64,000 nucleotides of DNA from Minisyncoccota bacterium (GTDB lineage Bacteria; Patescibacteriota; Minisyncoccia; Phycocordibacterales; UBA2100). Below the pieces are notes generated by a model that was not told where the DNA came from, did not search any database, and saw only the letters and a program-made list of their open reading frames with translations. Of the stretch, positions 1 to 10,044 are shown in pieces. The stretch lies in the NCBI GenBank assembly GCA_965267345.1, contig OZ253947.1, forward strand, positions 330,814-394,813, read 5' to 3'. The position numbers and the translations under genes are program-made. Numbering within the stretch: position 1 is the first letter of the stretch; every line of letters begins with the position of its first letter.

Positions 1-368
1 TTGGTAAGGATTATGACGACATTTTTAGCGAAGATGTCGAGCCACTCGATCTGCTTCAAAATTTTCTTATTTTTCAATCAGTAAGGACATTAAACAAAAT
101 GGATGTGCATAAGCAAAAATACCACTTTTTGAATGACGCATCACTTCATCTTGCAGCGCTTATCTATCGAATGGGGGGTGCTAGTATAGCAATAGACGAT
201 ATACATACAGACAACAAAAACTTTATCAAACTTTATCAAAAAAGTGTTAAAGCAACACAGAGACTTGTCAACGAACGAGCTAAAAAGGAAGGAGAGAAAT
301 ACGAGAACCGGAGAACTTTCATTGATCCTGAGACTTATGGGAGATTAGTTGAATTAGTTAGAGGTTAG
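1..368 (+). CDS. 5'-truncated AT-rich ORF, possibly C-terminus of an AIPR-family (abortive infection/RM-associated) protein
   Basis: Frame open from position 3 (GKDYDDIFSEDVEPLDLLQNFLIF...FLNDASLHLAALIY) to TAG 368; AT-richer than neighbours; family guess from Y..IF and FL..A.LH pattern. Confidence 0.45.
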   Translation, partial: GKDYDDIFSEDVEPLDLLQNFLIFQSVRTLNKMDVHKQKYHFLNDASLHLAALIYRMGGASIAIDDIHTDNKNFIKLYQKSVKATQRLVNERAKKEGEKYENRRTFIDPETYGRLVELVRG

Positions 369-374
369 TACTAT

Positions 375-402
375 CCACTGCCAACTGCAAACTGCTCACT
401 CG
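375..402 (+). repeat. Short tandem 7-mer repeat
   Basis: CCACTGC CAACTGC AAACTGC TCACTCG. Confidence 0.5.
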
Positions 403-425
403 TCTGGCATGTATAATCAGTACCA

Positions 426-1253
426 ATGAGCGTACTCATCACCAAAATGAACGGCGAGCAGGAACCCTTCGTCGCGGAAAAACTCGACCGCTCGCTGAAG
501 CGTGCGGGGGCGCACCAAGAGGTGCGCGACGAGATCGTGCAGCATATCGAGGAGGAGCTCCGCGAGGGAATGACCACACAGGAAATTTACGAACACGCAT
601 TTGATTTGTTGCGCAGCCACGAGCAAAAACCTGTCGCTGCACGCTACTCGGTTAAACGCGCCGTACTGGACCTCGGGCCATCGGGATTTCCGTTCGAGCG
701 CTTTGTCGGACGTATTTTCGACGCCATTGGCTACACTGACGTGCAAACAGGTGTTGCTGCGCAGGGAAGTTGCGCACCCCACGAAGTAGACCTTATTGCC
801 AAGCACAACGGCAAGACAGTTGCTGCGGAAGTGAAATTCCATAATAGCCTCGGGATTAAAACCGATCTGAAAGTCGCGCTCTACGTCAAGGCACGCTTCG
901 ACGACCTTGCACATAAGAACATGGACATCGGTGAGCAATGGCTTATCACCAATACGCGCTTTACCCGCAACGCAGCGCGCTATGGACAGTGTGCGGGACT
1001 CCAGCTTCTCGGCTGGGACTACCCACGCGACCGCGGGCTGGAAGTACTCATTGACGAAGCAGGCGTCCACCCGCTGACCGCACTCACCACACTCTCAGAT
1101 CATGAAAAGCGCCGCTTGCTTGATGACAGCGTCGTCCTGTGCCGCGAAATTGATACTGAGCGTGATGCACTACGTCGCTACGACATTCACGACAACAAGC
1201 ATGAAGCCGTCCGCGACGAAGTGCAACGTTTGTGCAAAGTAGCACGAGCCTAG
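426..1253 (+). CDS. ATP-cone domain fused to Mrr-like PD-(D/E)xK restriction-endonuclease domain
   Basis: N-term ITKMNGEQEPF...KLDRSL ATP cone; GFPFE, HEVD, EVKFHN nuclease motifs. Confidence 0.8.
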   Translation: MSVLITKMNGEQEPFVAEKLDRSLKRAGAHQEVRDEIVQHIEEELREGMTTQEIYEHAFDLLRSHEQKPVAARYSVKRAVLDLGPSGFPFERFVGRIFDAIGYTDVQTGVAAQGSCAPHEVDLIAKHNGKTVAAEVKFHNSLGIKTDLKVALYVKARFDDLAHKNMDIGEQWLITNTRFTRNAARYGQCAGLQLLGWDYPRDRGLEVLIDEAGVHPLTALTTLSDHEKRRLLDDSVVLCREIDTERDALRRYDIHDNKHEAVRDEVQRLCKVARA

Positions 1254-1276
1254 CATTTTTTGTATTATTAGAAAGT

Positions 1277-1819
1277 ATGAACGATTACACAAAAATGGCA
1301 CTCGGATTTGCCGCAGGATTTATTATCGGTATTGCCCTTATTTGGATTTTTAACCTCTCGCAGGATGCCACGTCCGATGACATCATTACGGGTGAATCAA
1401 CCACACCCGACATTGTTGTCGATGCTGACACCACTGACAGCACCACGGGCGGCGACACCGGCTCGGTGCTCACCGAGGAGATCACTGAGACCAGCACTGA
1501 CACTGCCTCGGTTATCGCCGGCGACCAGCCTGCCGGTGCATCGGTACGCATTACCTCAGCACAGCTGCCTGCCGACGGCTGGATCGTCGTCCACGAAGAG
1601 CGTGACGGCTTTGTCGGTAACGCGCTTGGCGCCGTGCGTCGCGACAGCGGTACCTACACCGACGTCGCAGTACCACTGCTGCGTGACACTGTCAGCGGCG
1701 CACGCTACTGGGTGGTACTCTACACAGATGACGGCGACCGCACGTTCTCACTTGAAAACGACTTTCCCGTACGCACCGGCGGCGGCGAGCCCGTCACCAC
1801 GTCATTTACGACAAACTAA
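1277..1819 (+). CDS. Membrane-anchored protein, D/T-rich linker plus beta-sandwich (DUF7282-like)
   Basis: N-terminal TM, low-complexity linker, GWIVVHE...LGA and YWVVLYTDDGD motifs. Confidence 0.65.
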   Translation: MNDYTKMALGFAAGFIIGIALIWIFNLSQDATSDDIITGESTTPDIVVDADTTDSTTGGDTGSVLTEEITETSTDTASVIAGDQPAGASVRITSAQLPADGWIVVHEERDGFVGNALGAVRRDSGTYTDVAVPLLRDTVSGARYWVVLYTDDGDRTFSLENDFPVRTGGGEPVTTSFTTN

Positions 1820-1821
1820 GT

Positions 1822-2328
1822 ATGCTACTTGAGCTCGAGCCACACGTTACGACACTATTCATCCAACTGAGCGTTGCCACGATGCTCGGGCTCGTTATCG
1901 GCGCTGAGCGTTCTGTCGCAGGGAAAGTTGCCGGCATGCGCACCTTTGCGCTGGTGGCACTGGGTTCAACACTCTTTACCATCATCTCCATTGTGATCAC
2001 GACCCAATACCTAGGCAAGGTGAACTTCGACCCAATGCGCACCACCGCCGCGATCATCACGGGTGTCGGCTTCATCGGCGCCGGCCTCATTGTCTTTCGT
2101 CAAGACCTGCTGCGCGGCCTTACCACCGCTGCGGGGTTGTGGGTCTCTGCGGGCGTTGGTATCGCCGTTGGCTTTGGTTTGTATTCAATTGCTGTCTTCA
2201 CCACATTGATGACACTTTTCGTCTTCACTGCAGTGTGGTTTGTTGAAACGCACCTCAAACGTCGCTTTGGTCGTCGCGTGACACCACCGGCAGCAGAGCA
2301 CGACTTGTTAGTTGCTGACGACGGCTAG
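1822..2328 (+). CDS. MgtC/SapB family membrane protein
   Basis: IGAER...AGMRTFALV, GVGFIGAG, GLTTAAGLW. Confidence 0.9.
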   Translation: MLLELEPHVTTLFIQLSVATMLGLVIGAERSVAGKVAGMRTFALVALGSTLFTIISIVITTQYLGKVNFDPMRTTAAIITGVGFIGAGLIVFRQDLLRGLTTAAGLWVSAGVGIAVGFGLYSIAVFTTLMTLFVFTAVWFVETHLKRRFGRRVTPPAAEHDLLVADDG

Positions 2329-2329
2329 T

Positions 2330-3163
2330 ATGTCGCAGTTCTACAAACCACACCGCAACCCGAACTGGAATTACGGCGGCGCCAACTTTCGCCTGTCACG
2401 ATCGAAAATTGACCTGTTTATCGACTGTCCGCGCTGTTTCTACGTCGACAACAAACTCGGTGTCGCCCGACCACCCGGATACCCGTTCAACCTCAACAGT
2501 GCCGTTGACGAGCTGCTCAAGCGTGAGTTCGATGTGCACCGCGCCGACGAGACGCCGCACCCGCTCATGGAAACGTACGGCATTGATGCTATACCGTTCC
2601 ACCACGTGCAGCTCGACGCGTGGCGCGACTCACTACGCCACGGCGTGCAGTATCTACATGAACCTACGCAGCTCCTCGTACGCGGCGGCATCGACGACGT
2701 CTGGAAAGATCGCACAGGCAAGCTCATTGTCGTTGACTACAAAGCAACGAGCAAAAAAGGGGAGGTGAATCTCGATGCACCGTGGCAAGACGGCTACAAG
2801 CGACAGGTGGAAGTCTACCAGTGGCTCTTCCGCAAAAACGAATTCGAGGTGAGCGATACCGCCTACTTTGTCTACGCAAATGCAGACGCCGACCGCGAAG
2901 CATTCGATGGCAAACTTGAATTTGATGTAAAAATTATTCCCTACGTCGGTGACGACGCGTGGGTTGAACCAACACTTTTCGAAATTAAAAAATGTCTTGA
3001 TGATCCACGGGTACCAAAGGCGTCACCCGAGTGCGACTATTGCCGGTACCGCGAAGCGGCTGGTACCGTACTGCTCAAGAACAAAGAAGAGCGACAAGCG
3101 GCAAAAGCACCGGCAGCACACAAAGACACCCCGCCACAGAAGAAAACCGATTCACTGTTTTAA
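2330..3163 (+). CDS. PD-(D/E)xK nuclease (Cas4/AddB-like)
   Basis: LSRSK..LF..CPRCFY, GGIDD, VVDYK, QVEVY, C-terminal CDYC. Confidence 0.8.
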   Translation: MSQFYKPHRNPNWNYGGANFRLSRSKIDLFIDCPRCFYVDNKLGVARPPGYPFNLNSAVDELLKREFDVHRADETPHPLMETYGIDAIPFHHVQLDAWRDSLRHGVQYLHEPTQLLVRGGIDDVWKDRTGKLIVVDYKATSKKGEVNLDAPWQDGYKRQVEVYQWLFRKNEFEVSDTAYFVYANADADREAFDGKLEFDVKIIPYVGDDAWVEPTLFEIKKCLDDPRVPKASPECDYCRYREAAGTVLLKNKEERQAAKAPAAHKDTPPQKKTDSLF

Positions 3164-3167
3164 GTGT

Positions 3168-3425
3168 ATGCGTACTTTTACTGAAAACGTGCTTGATGTT
3201 GTCCGCGCCATTCCTAAAGGCCAGACGCGTACCTACGCGCAGGTTGCCGCCGCAGCGGGTTCGCCCAATGCAGCGCGCGCTGTCGGCTCGATTATGAAGA
3301 AAAACTACTTGCCTGATGTACCGTGCCATCGGGTGATCACCAGCTCTGGTGCCGTGGGCAACTACAATCGTGGTGGTGCTGTGCAGAAGCGTGCATTGCT
3401 TCGCAAAGAAGGTGCGGTACGCTAG
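3168..3425 (+). CDS. MGMT-family O6-alkylguanine DNA alkyltransferase (short form)
   Basis: IPKG...TY, AARAVG, PCHRV. Confidence 0.9.
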   Translation: MRTFTENVLDVVRAIPKGQTRTYAQVAAAAGSPNAARAVGSIMKKNYLPDVPCHRVITSSGAVGNYNRGGAVQKRALLRKEGAVR

Positions 3426-3429
3426 TGGT

Positions 3430-3840
3430 ATGCCACTGATGGTACAGCGACTTCTCGTTGCCCTTGCCGCCGGCGCCGCACTCGCATTGCTGGATATTTA
3501 CCTGACATCCGGCAGCTTACAGGACGCGTGGGATGTGGGGAGTCCCGCATTCTGGACGGTATTCATCAGTCGCCTGTCAATTGGCTTTTTTGTCGCTATT
3601 GCGGGCGTCATTACCATTCATCCACTGTTTAAATTCCGTATGTACCTGCTGCGTGGTGCTGTCATCGGCATCTGGGTGTCGCTGCCGCTGGCCACTGCAG
3701 TTTTTGTTGATCCGCTCGCCACATGGTTTGCCTTCGGTATCGTTATTGCTGCCGGTGCTATCTACGGCATCCTCATTGACTTTGTTGCGACGACCGTTGC
3801 CGGTCATGGCACGAAGCTCCTCGCGCCGGAAAACGACTAG
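3430..3840 (+). CDS. Hypothetical 4-TM membrane protein
   Basis: Four hydrophobic segments; -10 box TACGCT 6 nt upstream. Confidence 0.7.
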   Translation: MPLMVQRLLVALAAGAALALLDIYLTSGSLQDAWDVGSPAFWTVFISRLSIGFFVAIAGVITIHPLFKFRMYLLRGAVIGIWVSLPLATAVFVDPLATWFAFGIVIAAGAIYGILIDFVATTVAGHGTKLLAPEND

Positions 3841-5111
3841 ACGTGCAGTAGACTGCGCAATGTCTTTTCTTTTCCTTTGTGCGGACCAATGACCATCAAG
3901 TTCAGGTGGTCGGTGCGGAATAGCTCCTTGGCGACACGCTTAATGTCTGCGGCTGTTACGGCGTCTATTTTTGTGTTAAATGCAGTCAATGGCTCGAGTG
4001 TGCCACGCACCAGTGTGGCGTGGCCAATGTAGTGTGCCAGTTCATTACTTGCCTCAAGTGAGAGCGCTGTCGTGCCCTTTACATATTCCTGTGCTTTTTT
4101 GAGCTCTTCAGCAGTGATAGTCGTGCGCGTAAGCTTTTTCAATTCGGCAAGTATCACGGTAACTGCATCAGCAAGCTTGCCATTCGTCACACCCGCGCGC
4201 ATGTAGAAGTTGCCGATCCCGTCGTACTGTGCAACGTCGGCTTTCACGTAGTAGGCAAGGCCGCGACGCTCACGTACCTCGCTAAAGAGCCGGCTCGACA
4301 TACCGCCACCGAGCACTGCTGCGAGCACTTCTGCAGCAACTTCGTCGACGTGATGGTGTCCGTATGAGGGCACGCCGAGTACAAAGTGTGTCTGATCAGT
4401 TTTTTTCTGCTTAATGCGTACTTGCGGCTCATGTTGCGTGTGACTATACGATTCGGCCTCCGGTACCGCACCATCTCGCATATCCGAGAAGCGATCTCGG
4501 ATTGCCGAGATGGCCTGCTGTGGCGAAAAGTTACCTGCAATACACACTGCTGAATTACCCGCAATGTAGTTGCGTTCAAAGTAGTGCTTGAATTGTGCAC
4601 GGGTAAAGCTGCGAATATTTTCTTTTGGACCGAGAATACTGCGACCGAGCGGGTGATCAGTGCCAAACATGAGTTGATCAAACTCGTCAAGCACATTTGC
4701 CATCGGCATGTCTTCATAGAGGTTGATCTCTTCAAGGACCGCACCACGCTCACGCTCGATTTCTTTTGCAGGCAGTGTTGCATTGAGGAAAATATCACTT
4801 ACAACATCAAGTGCGGTTGCAAAGTGGCGTGCATCAACTTTGGCGAAGTAGGCGGTGTGGTCACGGTCAGTAAATGCATTTGACACGCCCCCAATACCGT
4901 CGAGCTCCTCGGCGATACGCTTGGCGGTCGGCCGCTGCTTGGTGCCCTTGAAGAACATGTGCTCAAGAAAGTGCGCCATGCCGTTTTCTGCTTTCGTTTC
5001 AAAGCGCGAGCCCGTACCCGACATAATCATCACCGTCACGCTCTGTGCATCTTTTTGTGGCGCCAGCACGATGCGTAAGCCATTTGGTAGTGTGTATGTT
5101 TCGTATTTCAT
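3837..5111 (-). CDS. M16 family zinc peptidase
   Basis: HFLEH inverted zinc motif, NAFT, GGGMSSRLF..VRERRGLAY. Confidence 0.95.
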   Translation of the reverse strand: MKYETYTLPNGLRIVLAPQKDAQSVTVMIMSGTGSRFETKAENGMAHFLEHMFFKGTKQRPTAKRIAEELDGIGGVSNAFTDRDHTAYFAKVDARHFATALDVVSDIFLNATLPAKEIERERGAVLEEINLYEDMPMANVLDEFDQLMFGTDHPLGRSILGPKENIRSFTRAQFKHYFERNYIAGNSAVCIAGNFSPQQAISAIRDRFSDMRDGAVPEAESYSHTQHEPQVRIKQKKTDQTHFVLGVPSYGHHHVDEVAAEVLAAVLGGGMSSRLFSEVRERRGLAYYVKADVAQYDGIGNFYMRAGVTNGKLADAVTVILAELKKLTRTTITAEELKKAQEYVKGTTALSLEASNELAHYIGHATLVRGTLEPLTAFNTKIDAVTAADIKRVAKELFRTDHLNLMVIGPHKGKEKTLRSLLHV

Positions 5112-5177
5112 CGCGGCATCATAGCGCACACTCGGCACGCAACACAACTACGCACACTGAAGGCGCGTTGCTGTGCT

Positions 5178-5411
5178 ATGCTAGAGGCAATGCTTTTTTG
5201 GGGCCTGACATTAAGTTTTGTGGGCAAAGCGCTGCTGGCCGCAGCGGTGGTGCTCGTGCACAACAAAATCACAAAGGAAAAACGCATCGACGGCATCGTG
5301 CTAATGGAAATGCGCCACGAACGTACGGTTGCTATTATCGGTCTCGTCTGTATCACTGTCGGCTACGCACTTGAGATTGCACACTTTGGCTTTCAAGGCG
5401 CATTGTGGTAA
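5178..5411 (+). CDS. Small hypothetical 2-TM protein
   Basis: 77 aa, two hydrophobic helices, fills gap before alaS. Confidence 0.65.
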   Translation: MLEAMLFWGLTLSFVGKALLAAAVVLVHNKITKEKRIDGIVLMEMRHERTVAIIGLVCITVGYALEIAHFGFQGALW

Positions 5412-5422
5412 GACAAAGGGCA

Positions 5423-7324
5423 ATGGACACGCAAACCATACGAAAAAAGTATCTCGATTTTTTTGCTGCACGCGAGCATGCCATCGTGCCGTCGGCGTCA
5501 CTCGTACCGGCCAATGACCCTACAACACTCTTCACCGGCAGCGGCATGCAGCCGATGCTGCCGTACTTATTGGGTGAGTCGCACCCGAAAGGCACCCGCA
5601 TCGCCGACTCGCAAAAGTGCTTTCGTGCCGAAGATATTGATGATATCGGCGACAATCGCCACACGACCTTTTTTGAAATGCTGGGGAACTGGTCGCTCGG
5701 TGACTACTTTAAAGACGAGCAGATCGAATGGCTCTTTACCTTCTTAACCAACGAGGTCGGTATCGACCCGAGCAAGCTCTGTGTCTCGGTGTTTATCGGC
5801 GATGAGCGCAACGGTATTCCGCGCGACGAGTACACACCGCAACTCTGGCAGAAACTGTTTGCCGACGCCGGTATTGATGCACCTATTGTGGAAATGGGCT
5901 CACAGGCCGACGGCAGTGCGCGCGGCATGCAGGGCGGCCGCATTTTCTACTACGATGCAAAGGAAAATTGGTGGAGTCGGGCAGGGGTGCCGGAGAACAT
6001 GCCGGCAGGCGAACCGGGTGGACCTGACTCGGAAGTCTTCTTTGATTTTGGCATTCCGCATAACCCCGACTTTGGCGAACACTGCCATCCCGCCTGCGAT
6101 TGCGGCCGCTTTATGGAAATTGCCAACTCGGTGTTTATGGAGTACGTCAAGAATGCTGACGGTTCATTCGGGAAGCTCGCACAGAAAAATGTGGACTTCG
6201 GCGGCGGGCTTGAACGCATTGCGGCCGCGGCAAATAACAACGCTGATGTCTTCTCAGTTGACTCACTCGCCCGCATTATTGCGCACCTCGAAGCGGCAAG
6301 CGGCAAAGTCTACAGCGATCCGGCGTACACGGTGAGCTTTCGTGTTATTGCTGACCACCTCCGCGGCGCCACCTTCATGATGGCCGACGGCGTGCAACCC
6401 GGTAACACTGAACAGGCCTACTTCGTACGACGCCTCATTCGACGCAGCGTGCAGTATGCTGACACGCTCGGCATCAGTGAGGGCACCCTCCCTGAGGCTG
6501 TGGCGATTGTCGCCGAAGCTTACCGCGAACACTACCCTGAACTCACCGAGCAGCAAGAAGCAATTACAACACTCATTGCCGCCGAAGAAGCCAAGTTTCG
6601 TCGTACGCTCGAGAAGGGTATGCGCGAATTTGAAAAGTATGCCGCACGTGGTTCGCTCTCCGGTCACGACGCATTTGTACTCTTCACGAGCTACGGATTT
6701 CCCGTCGAGCTCACCCAAGAACTTGCCCAGCGACAGGGGCTGACTGTCGACACTGATGCCTTTCGTGCCGAAATGGAAGAACACCGTGCACAGAGTCGCG
6801 CCGGTGCCGAACAGCGCTTCAAGGGCGGGCTCGCTGATCACTCGGAAAAAACCGTGCAGTACCACACCACGCACCATATTTTACTGCGCGCACTGCAGGA
6901 CGTACTCGGCCCGCACGTCAAACAGCGGGGGAGTAACATCACCAGCGAGCGACTCCGTTTTGATTTTGTCCATGGTGAAAAACTGACTGACGAGCAAAAA
7001 GCAGAGGTGGAGCGACTTGTGAATGAGCGCATCGCCGCTGAATTGCCGGTGCTCAAAACCGTGATGCCAAAAACCGAAGCAGAACAGCTCGGTGCCGAAC
7101 AGGAATTTGGCTTGAAGTACGGCGATATGGTCAATGTCTACTCCGTCGGTCCAAAAACCGCAACACCTGAAGACCCGCAGTTTGCTGACGCCGTCTCACT
7201 GGAGTTTTGTGGCGGGCCGCACGTTGAGAACACGCGCGACATTCACGGCACATTCACTATTGTGAAAGAACAGTCGAGCGCCGCCGGTATTCGTCGCATC
7301 CGCGCGGTGCTTAAAGAAGACTAG
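5423..7324 (+). CDS. alaS: Alanine--tRNA ligase (short form, no C-Ala domain)
   Basis: DPTTLFTGSGM, HTTFFEMLGNWS, DHLR, HTTHH, EFCGGPHV, GIRRI. Confidence 0.97.
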   Translation: MDTQTIRKKYLDFFAAREHAIVPSASLVPANDPTTLFTGSGMQPMLPYLLGESHPKGTRIADSQKCFRAEDIDDIGDNRHTTFFEMLGNWSLGDYFKDEQIEWLFTFLTNEVGIDPSKLCVSVFIGDERNGIPRDEYTPQLWQKLFADAGIDAPIVEMGSQADGSARGMQGGRIFYYDAKENWWSRAGVPENMPAGEPGGPDSEVFFDFGIPHNPDFGEHCHPACDCGRFMEIANSVFMEYVKNADGSFGKLAQKNVDFGGGLERIAAAANNNADVFSVDSLARIIAHLEAASGKVYSDPAYTVSFRVIADHLRGATFMMADGVQPGNTEQAYFVRRLIRRSVQYADTLGISEGTLPEAVAIVAEAYREHYPELTEQQEAITTLIAAEEAKFRRTLEKGMREFEKYAARGSLSGHDAFVLFTSYGFPVELTQELAQRQGLTVDTDAFRAEMEEHRAQSRAGAEQRFKGGLADHSEKTVQYHTTHHILLRALQDVLGPHVKQRGSNITSERLRFDFVHGEKLTDEQKAEVERLVNERIAAELPVLKTVMPKTEAEQLGAEQEFGLKYGDMVNVYSVGPKTATPEDPQFADAVSLEFCGGPHVENTRDIHGTFTIVKEQSSAAGIRRIRAVLKED

Positions 7325-7376
7325 TCCACACACACGCCCGCTCGGCGACGCACGATCGTTGCTATACTAAACGAGT

Positions 7377-8531
7377 ATGGGCGCTCTTTCTTGGCTTAGT
7401 TCGCGCGGGGAACCGGAGTACACGGTCGTATTTGATATCGCCAGCGGCAGCATTGGCACAGCACTCGTGCACCAGCAAAACCAGCGCGCGCGGATTCTCT
7501 TTGCCAAACGCCTCCCACTTCAATTTGTACAGGAGCATACTGCGGACGAATTTGCCGCGCTGATTGCCCGCACCATTGCCACGGCCGCGGAACTCGTGCG
7601 TCGTGAAATCGCCACGCATGACCTCAAACCTGCCGACTACACTGTGCAGGCACTACTGCACACGCCATGGGCCTTTTCACACTCAGTGGCAATCGACACC
7701 CATTTGGAAAACGAAACACCGATCACCCGTGAGCTACTGCGCAGCTTTGTTGCCGACACGCTCAAGCCCGACGTGCCGTCGGGACACACAATTTTCAATC
7801 AGCACATCACTCGTATTGAGCTCAACGGGTACAGTACGACTGATCCATACCGCAAAAAAGCATCACACCTAGCTGCGAGCGTGTTGGTCAGCACCACACC
7901 GACGGCACTCCACACCCGCGTTACCACGGCACTTGAAGAAGCCTTTCCTGCGCACACGCCCTCGCTCGATGCGTACCTCTACGCGGCACTGCAGTTGCCC
8001 GAGCTGCGCGACGCGCCGGACGACATTACGTTTATTGATATTGGTGGCGAGTATATGTCCGTGGCGATTATTCGTGACGCTGCCGTTATTGCCAGTGCGC
8101 AGAGCTCGTTTGGCACAACACACCTCATTCGCGCTGTTGCCGATGAGAATCCCGATGCGCATGCATCTGCACTGTCGCTGGTGACGATGTACCTCGCAAA
8201 TACCTGCACGCCGTCGCAGTGTCGCCAAGTTGAGCAGGCACTCACCAGCGTCGATACGCAGTGGAGTGAGGCATTTGGTACAACCGCCGCAACACTCAAC
8301 AAGAGCAATCGACTGCCGACGCACACCTACGTGAGTGTCGATCAACGATTTGCGCCGTGGTTTACCCACGCACTCGGCAAAATTGATTTTGCCCAATTTA
8401 CCGTAACGGCGCGGCCGCTTGAACCGGAACTCATTGATATGGCCCGCGCCACGCACGCAGTCCAGCTTGCCGACGGTGTGCCACGCGACGCAGCATTGAT
8501 ACTTGCGGCGCATTTTATTGTGGATAAATAG
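7377..8531 (+). CDS. FtsA/actin-fold-like hypothetical protein
   Basis: VFDIASGSI and FIDIGGE actin-like ATPase motifs. Confidence 0.6.
   Translation: MGALSWLSSRGEPEYTVVFDIASGSIGTALVHQQNQRARILFAKRLPLQFVQEHTADEFAALIARTIATAAELVRREIATHDLKPADYTVQALLHTPWAFSHSVAIDTHLENETPITRELLRSFVADTLKPDVPSGHTIFNQHITRIELNGYSTTDPYRKKASHLAASVLVSTTPTALHTRVTTALEEAFPAHTPSLDAYLYAALQLPELRDAPDDITFIDIGGEYMSVAIIRDAAVIASAQSSFGTTHLIRAVADENPDAHASALSLVTMYLANTCTPSQCRQVEQALTSVDTQWSEAFGTTAATLNKSNRLPTHTYVSVDQRFAPWFTHALGKIDFAQFTVTARPLEPELIDMARATHAVQLADGVPRDAALILAAHFIVDK
8519..8527 (-). promoter_or_regulatory. Consensus DnaA box
   Basis: TGTGGATAA = revcomp TTATCCACA, upstream of the promoter of the next gene. Confidence 0.4.
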
Positions 8532-8580
8532 GCCGTGGGTATCTGTCCATAGGGCATATTCCTCTGGTATACTTGTAGCT

Positions 8581-9975
8581 ATGGCACGACCATCATTTGA
8601 CGACATTACACCGCCAGCTCGCGGAAATGATACCGAGACTCCGTCCACTGCACCGCACGCACAGGACGACACACCCACTGCGGAAGAATCGAGTGCGACA
8701 TCTGAGCCTGCATCGATTCGTAACGTTGCGGCGCCGGAGACAAAAGCACGTGTCGAACGACGCGCACGACGAGCTGAGCGTCGCACGCTCGGCGGCAGCG
8801 ACGGCCCAACTGGCCGCTCACACAAAGGAATGACACGCATGGCCATGTGGGGCGGTGCAATCGTGGTGCTGCTCATTGCACTCACGGGAGTTGGGTTTCT
8901 CTTCATTGGCAAAACAACCCTGACCGTTGAGCCACTATCTGAGCGCATCACGCTCGGCGAAAATGTCGTCCACACTGCCTACACTGAGCCGGAAATCGGC
9001 GAATTGGGCTACACCGTGGTATCAGCAACACAGGAAGCGTCGGAAACGATCACCGCAACCGGTAGTGAGTATGTTGAGGAGCGCGCATCAGGGCGCATCG
9101 CTGTGTACAATAACTACAGCTCGGCAAGTCAGCGCCTCATCAAAAACACGCGCTTTGAAGCACCTGACGGCCGCATTTACCGTGTGACAAACTCATTCGT
9201 CGTACCCGGAATGCCCGACGAGGATACCGCAGGGCGCATTGAGGTCACGGTGCACGCTGATGTTCCCGGCTCTGATCAGAATCTCACCGCACTGGGTACA
9301 CGCCTGACCATTCCCGGCCTTGAAGGCGACCCGCGCTACAATGCATTCCACGCTGAGTTGATCACGCCAATTACAGGCGGCTTTGAGGGTGAACGTCCTG
9401 TCGTTGACGAAGCAACCCGTGAGGCAACCCGCACGGCATTGCAGGACCAGTTGCGCCGGCAAGCAGCGGATGCAGCACACGCGGCAGCCGGTGATCTGTA
9501 CGTATTCGACACCGCACTCCAAGTGCAGTTTGAATCACTTCCCATGACCACTGATACCGAGGGCAACGCAACCGTACGTGAACGCGCGCTCATTTCAGCA
9601 GTCGGCTTTACCATGCACGAACTCGCACGTACGCTCGCGCAGAGCGCACTGGCAACGCCGGCTGACGGCACCATCCGCATCGCAAATCCTAACGAGCTTA
9701 CCTTCCGCTTTGTGGGCGACGATGTATCAGTTGCCAATGATGCACTCATTCAGTTCACCCTCAGCGGCACCAGCGTGCTCGTGTGGGATATTGATGTTGA
9801 CGCACTCAAGCAAGACCTCGTCGGTAAGCACAGCACTGTCTTAAATTCGGTCATGAGCGGCTATCCGGGTATTGAGAGCGCCCAAGCAACCATTCGGCCG
9901 TTTTGGAAGAGTGAGTTCCCGAGTGACACTGATAATATTTCGGTCGAAATTACTGATCCCGTACAGAGCCAGTAG
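8581..9975 (+). CDS. Membrane-anchored baseplate-J-like protein typical of CPR
   Basis: Disordered N-term, one TM, ASG.I.VYN...LIKNTRF..PDG, GGF motifs. Confidence 0.7.
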   Translation: MARPSFDDITPPARGNDTETPSTAPHAQDDTPTAEESSATSEPASIRNVAAPETKARVERRARRAERRTLGGSDGPTGRSHKGMTRMAMWGGAIVVLLIALTGVGFLFIGKTTLTVEPLSERITLGENVVHTAYTEPEIGELGYTVVSATQEASETITATGSEYVEERASGRIAVYNNYSSASQRLIKNTRFEAPDGRIYRVTNSFVVPGMPDEDTAGRIEVTVHADVPGSDQNLTALGTRLTIPGLEGDPRYNAFHAELITPITGGFEGERPVVDEATREATRTALQDQLRRQAADAAHAAAGDLYVFDTALQVQFESLPMTTDTEGNATVRERALISAVGFTMHELARTLAQSALATPADGTIRIANPNELTFRFVGDDVSVANDALIQFTLSGTSVLVWDIDVDALKQDLVGKHSTVLNSVMSGYPGIESAQATIRPFWKSEFPSDTDNISVEITDPVQSQ

Positions 9976-10004
9976 CGCCACTCCGGCGATACGCACACAA
10001 GGGC

Positions 10005-10033
10005 TTGTCAATACGGCATCAGTCTGGTACGAT
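10005..10033 (+). promoter_or_regulatory. sigma70 promoter of infA-rpmJ-rpsM operon
   Basis: TTGTCA-17 nt-TACGAT. Confidence 0.6.
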
Positions 10034-10044
10034 ACGCGCGCACT

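Noticed and set aside
2330-3163. cas4 of a CRISPR-Cas locus
   Set aside because: No other cas genes or array; solo PD-(D/E)xK nuclease
7869-8975. Long antisense ORFs (e.g. 7869-8975, 28372-29391, 417-1070)
   Set aside because: Shadows of well-supported genes on the opposite strand; no motifs
8581-9975. Prophage baseplate gene
   Set aside because: Has a TM anchor, sits among housekeeping genes, and no other phage structural genes are nearby
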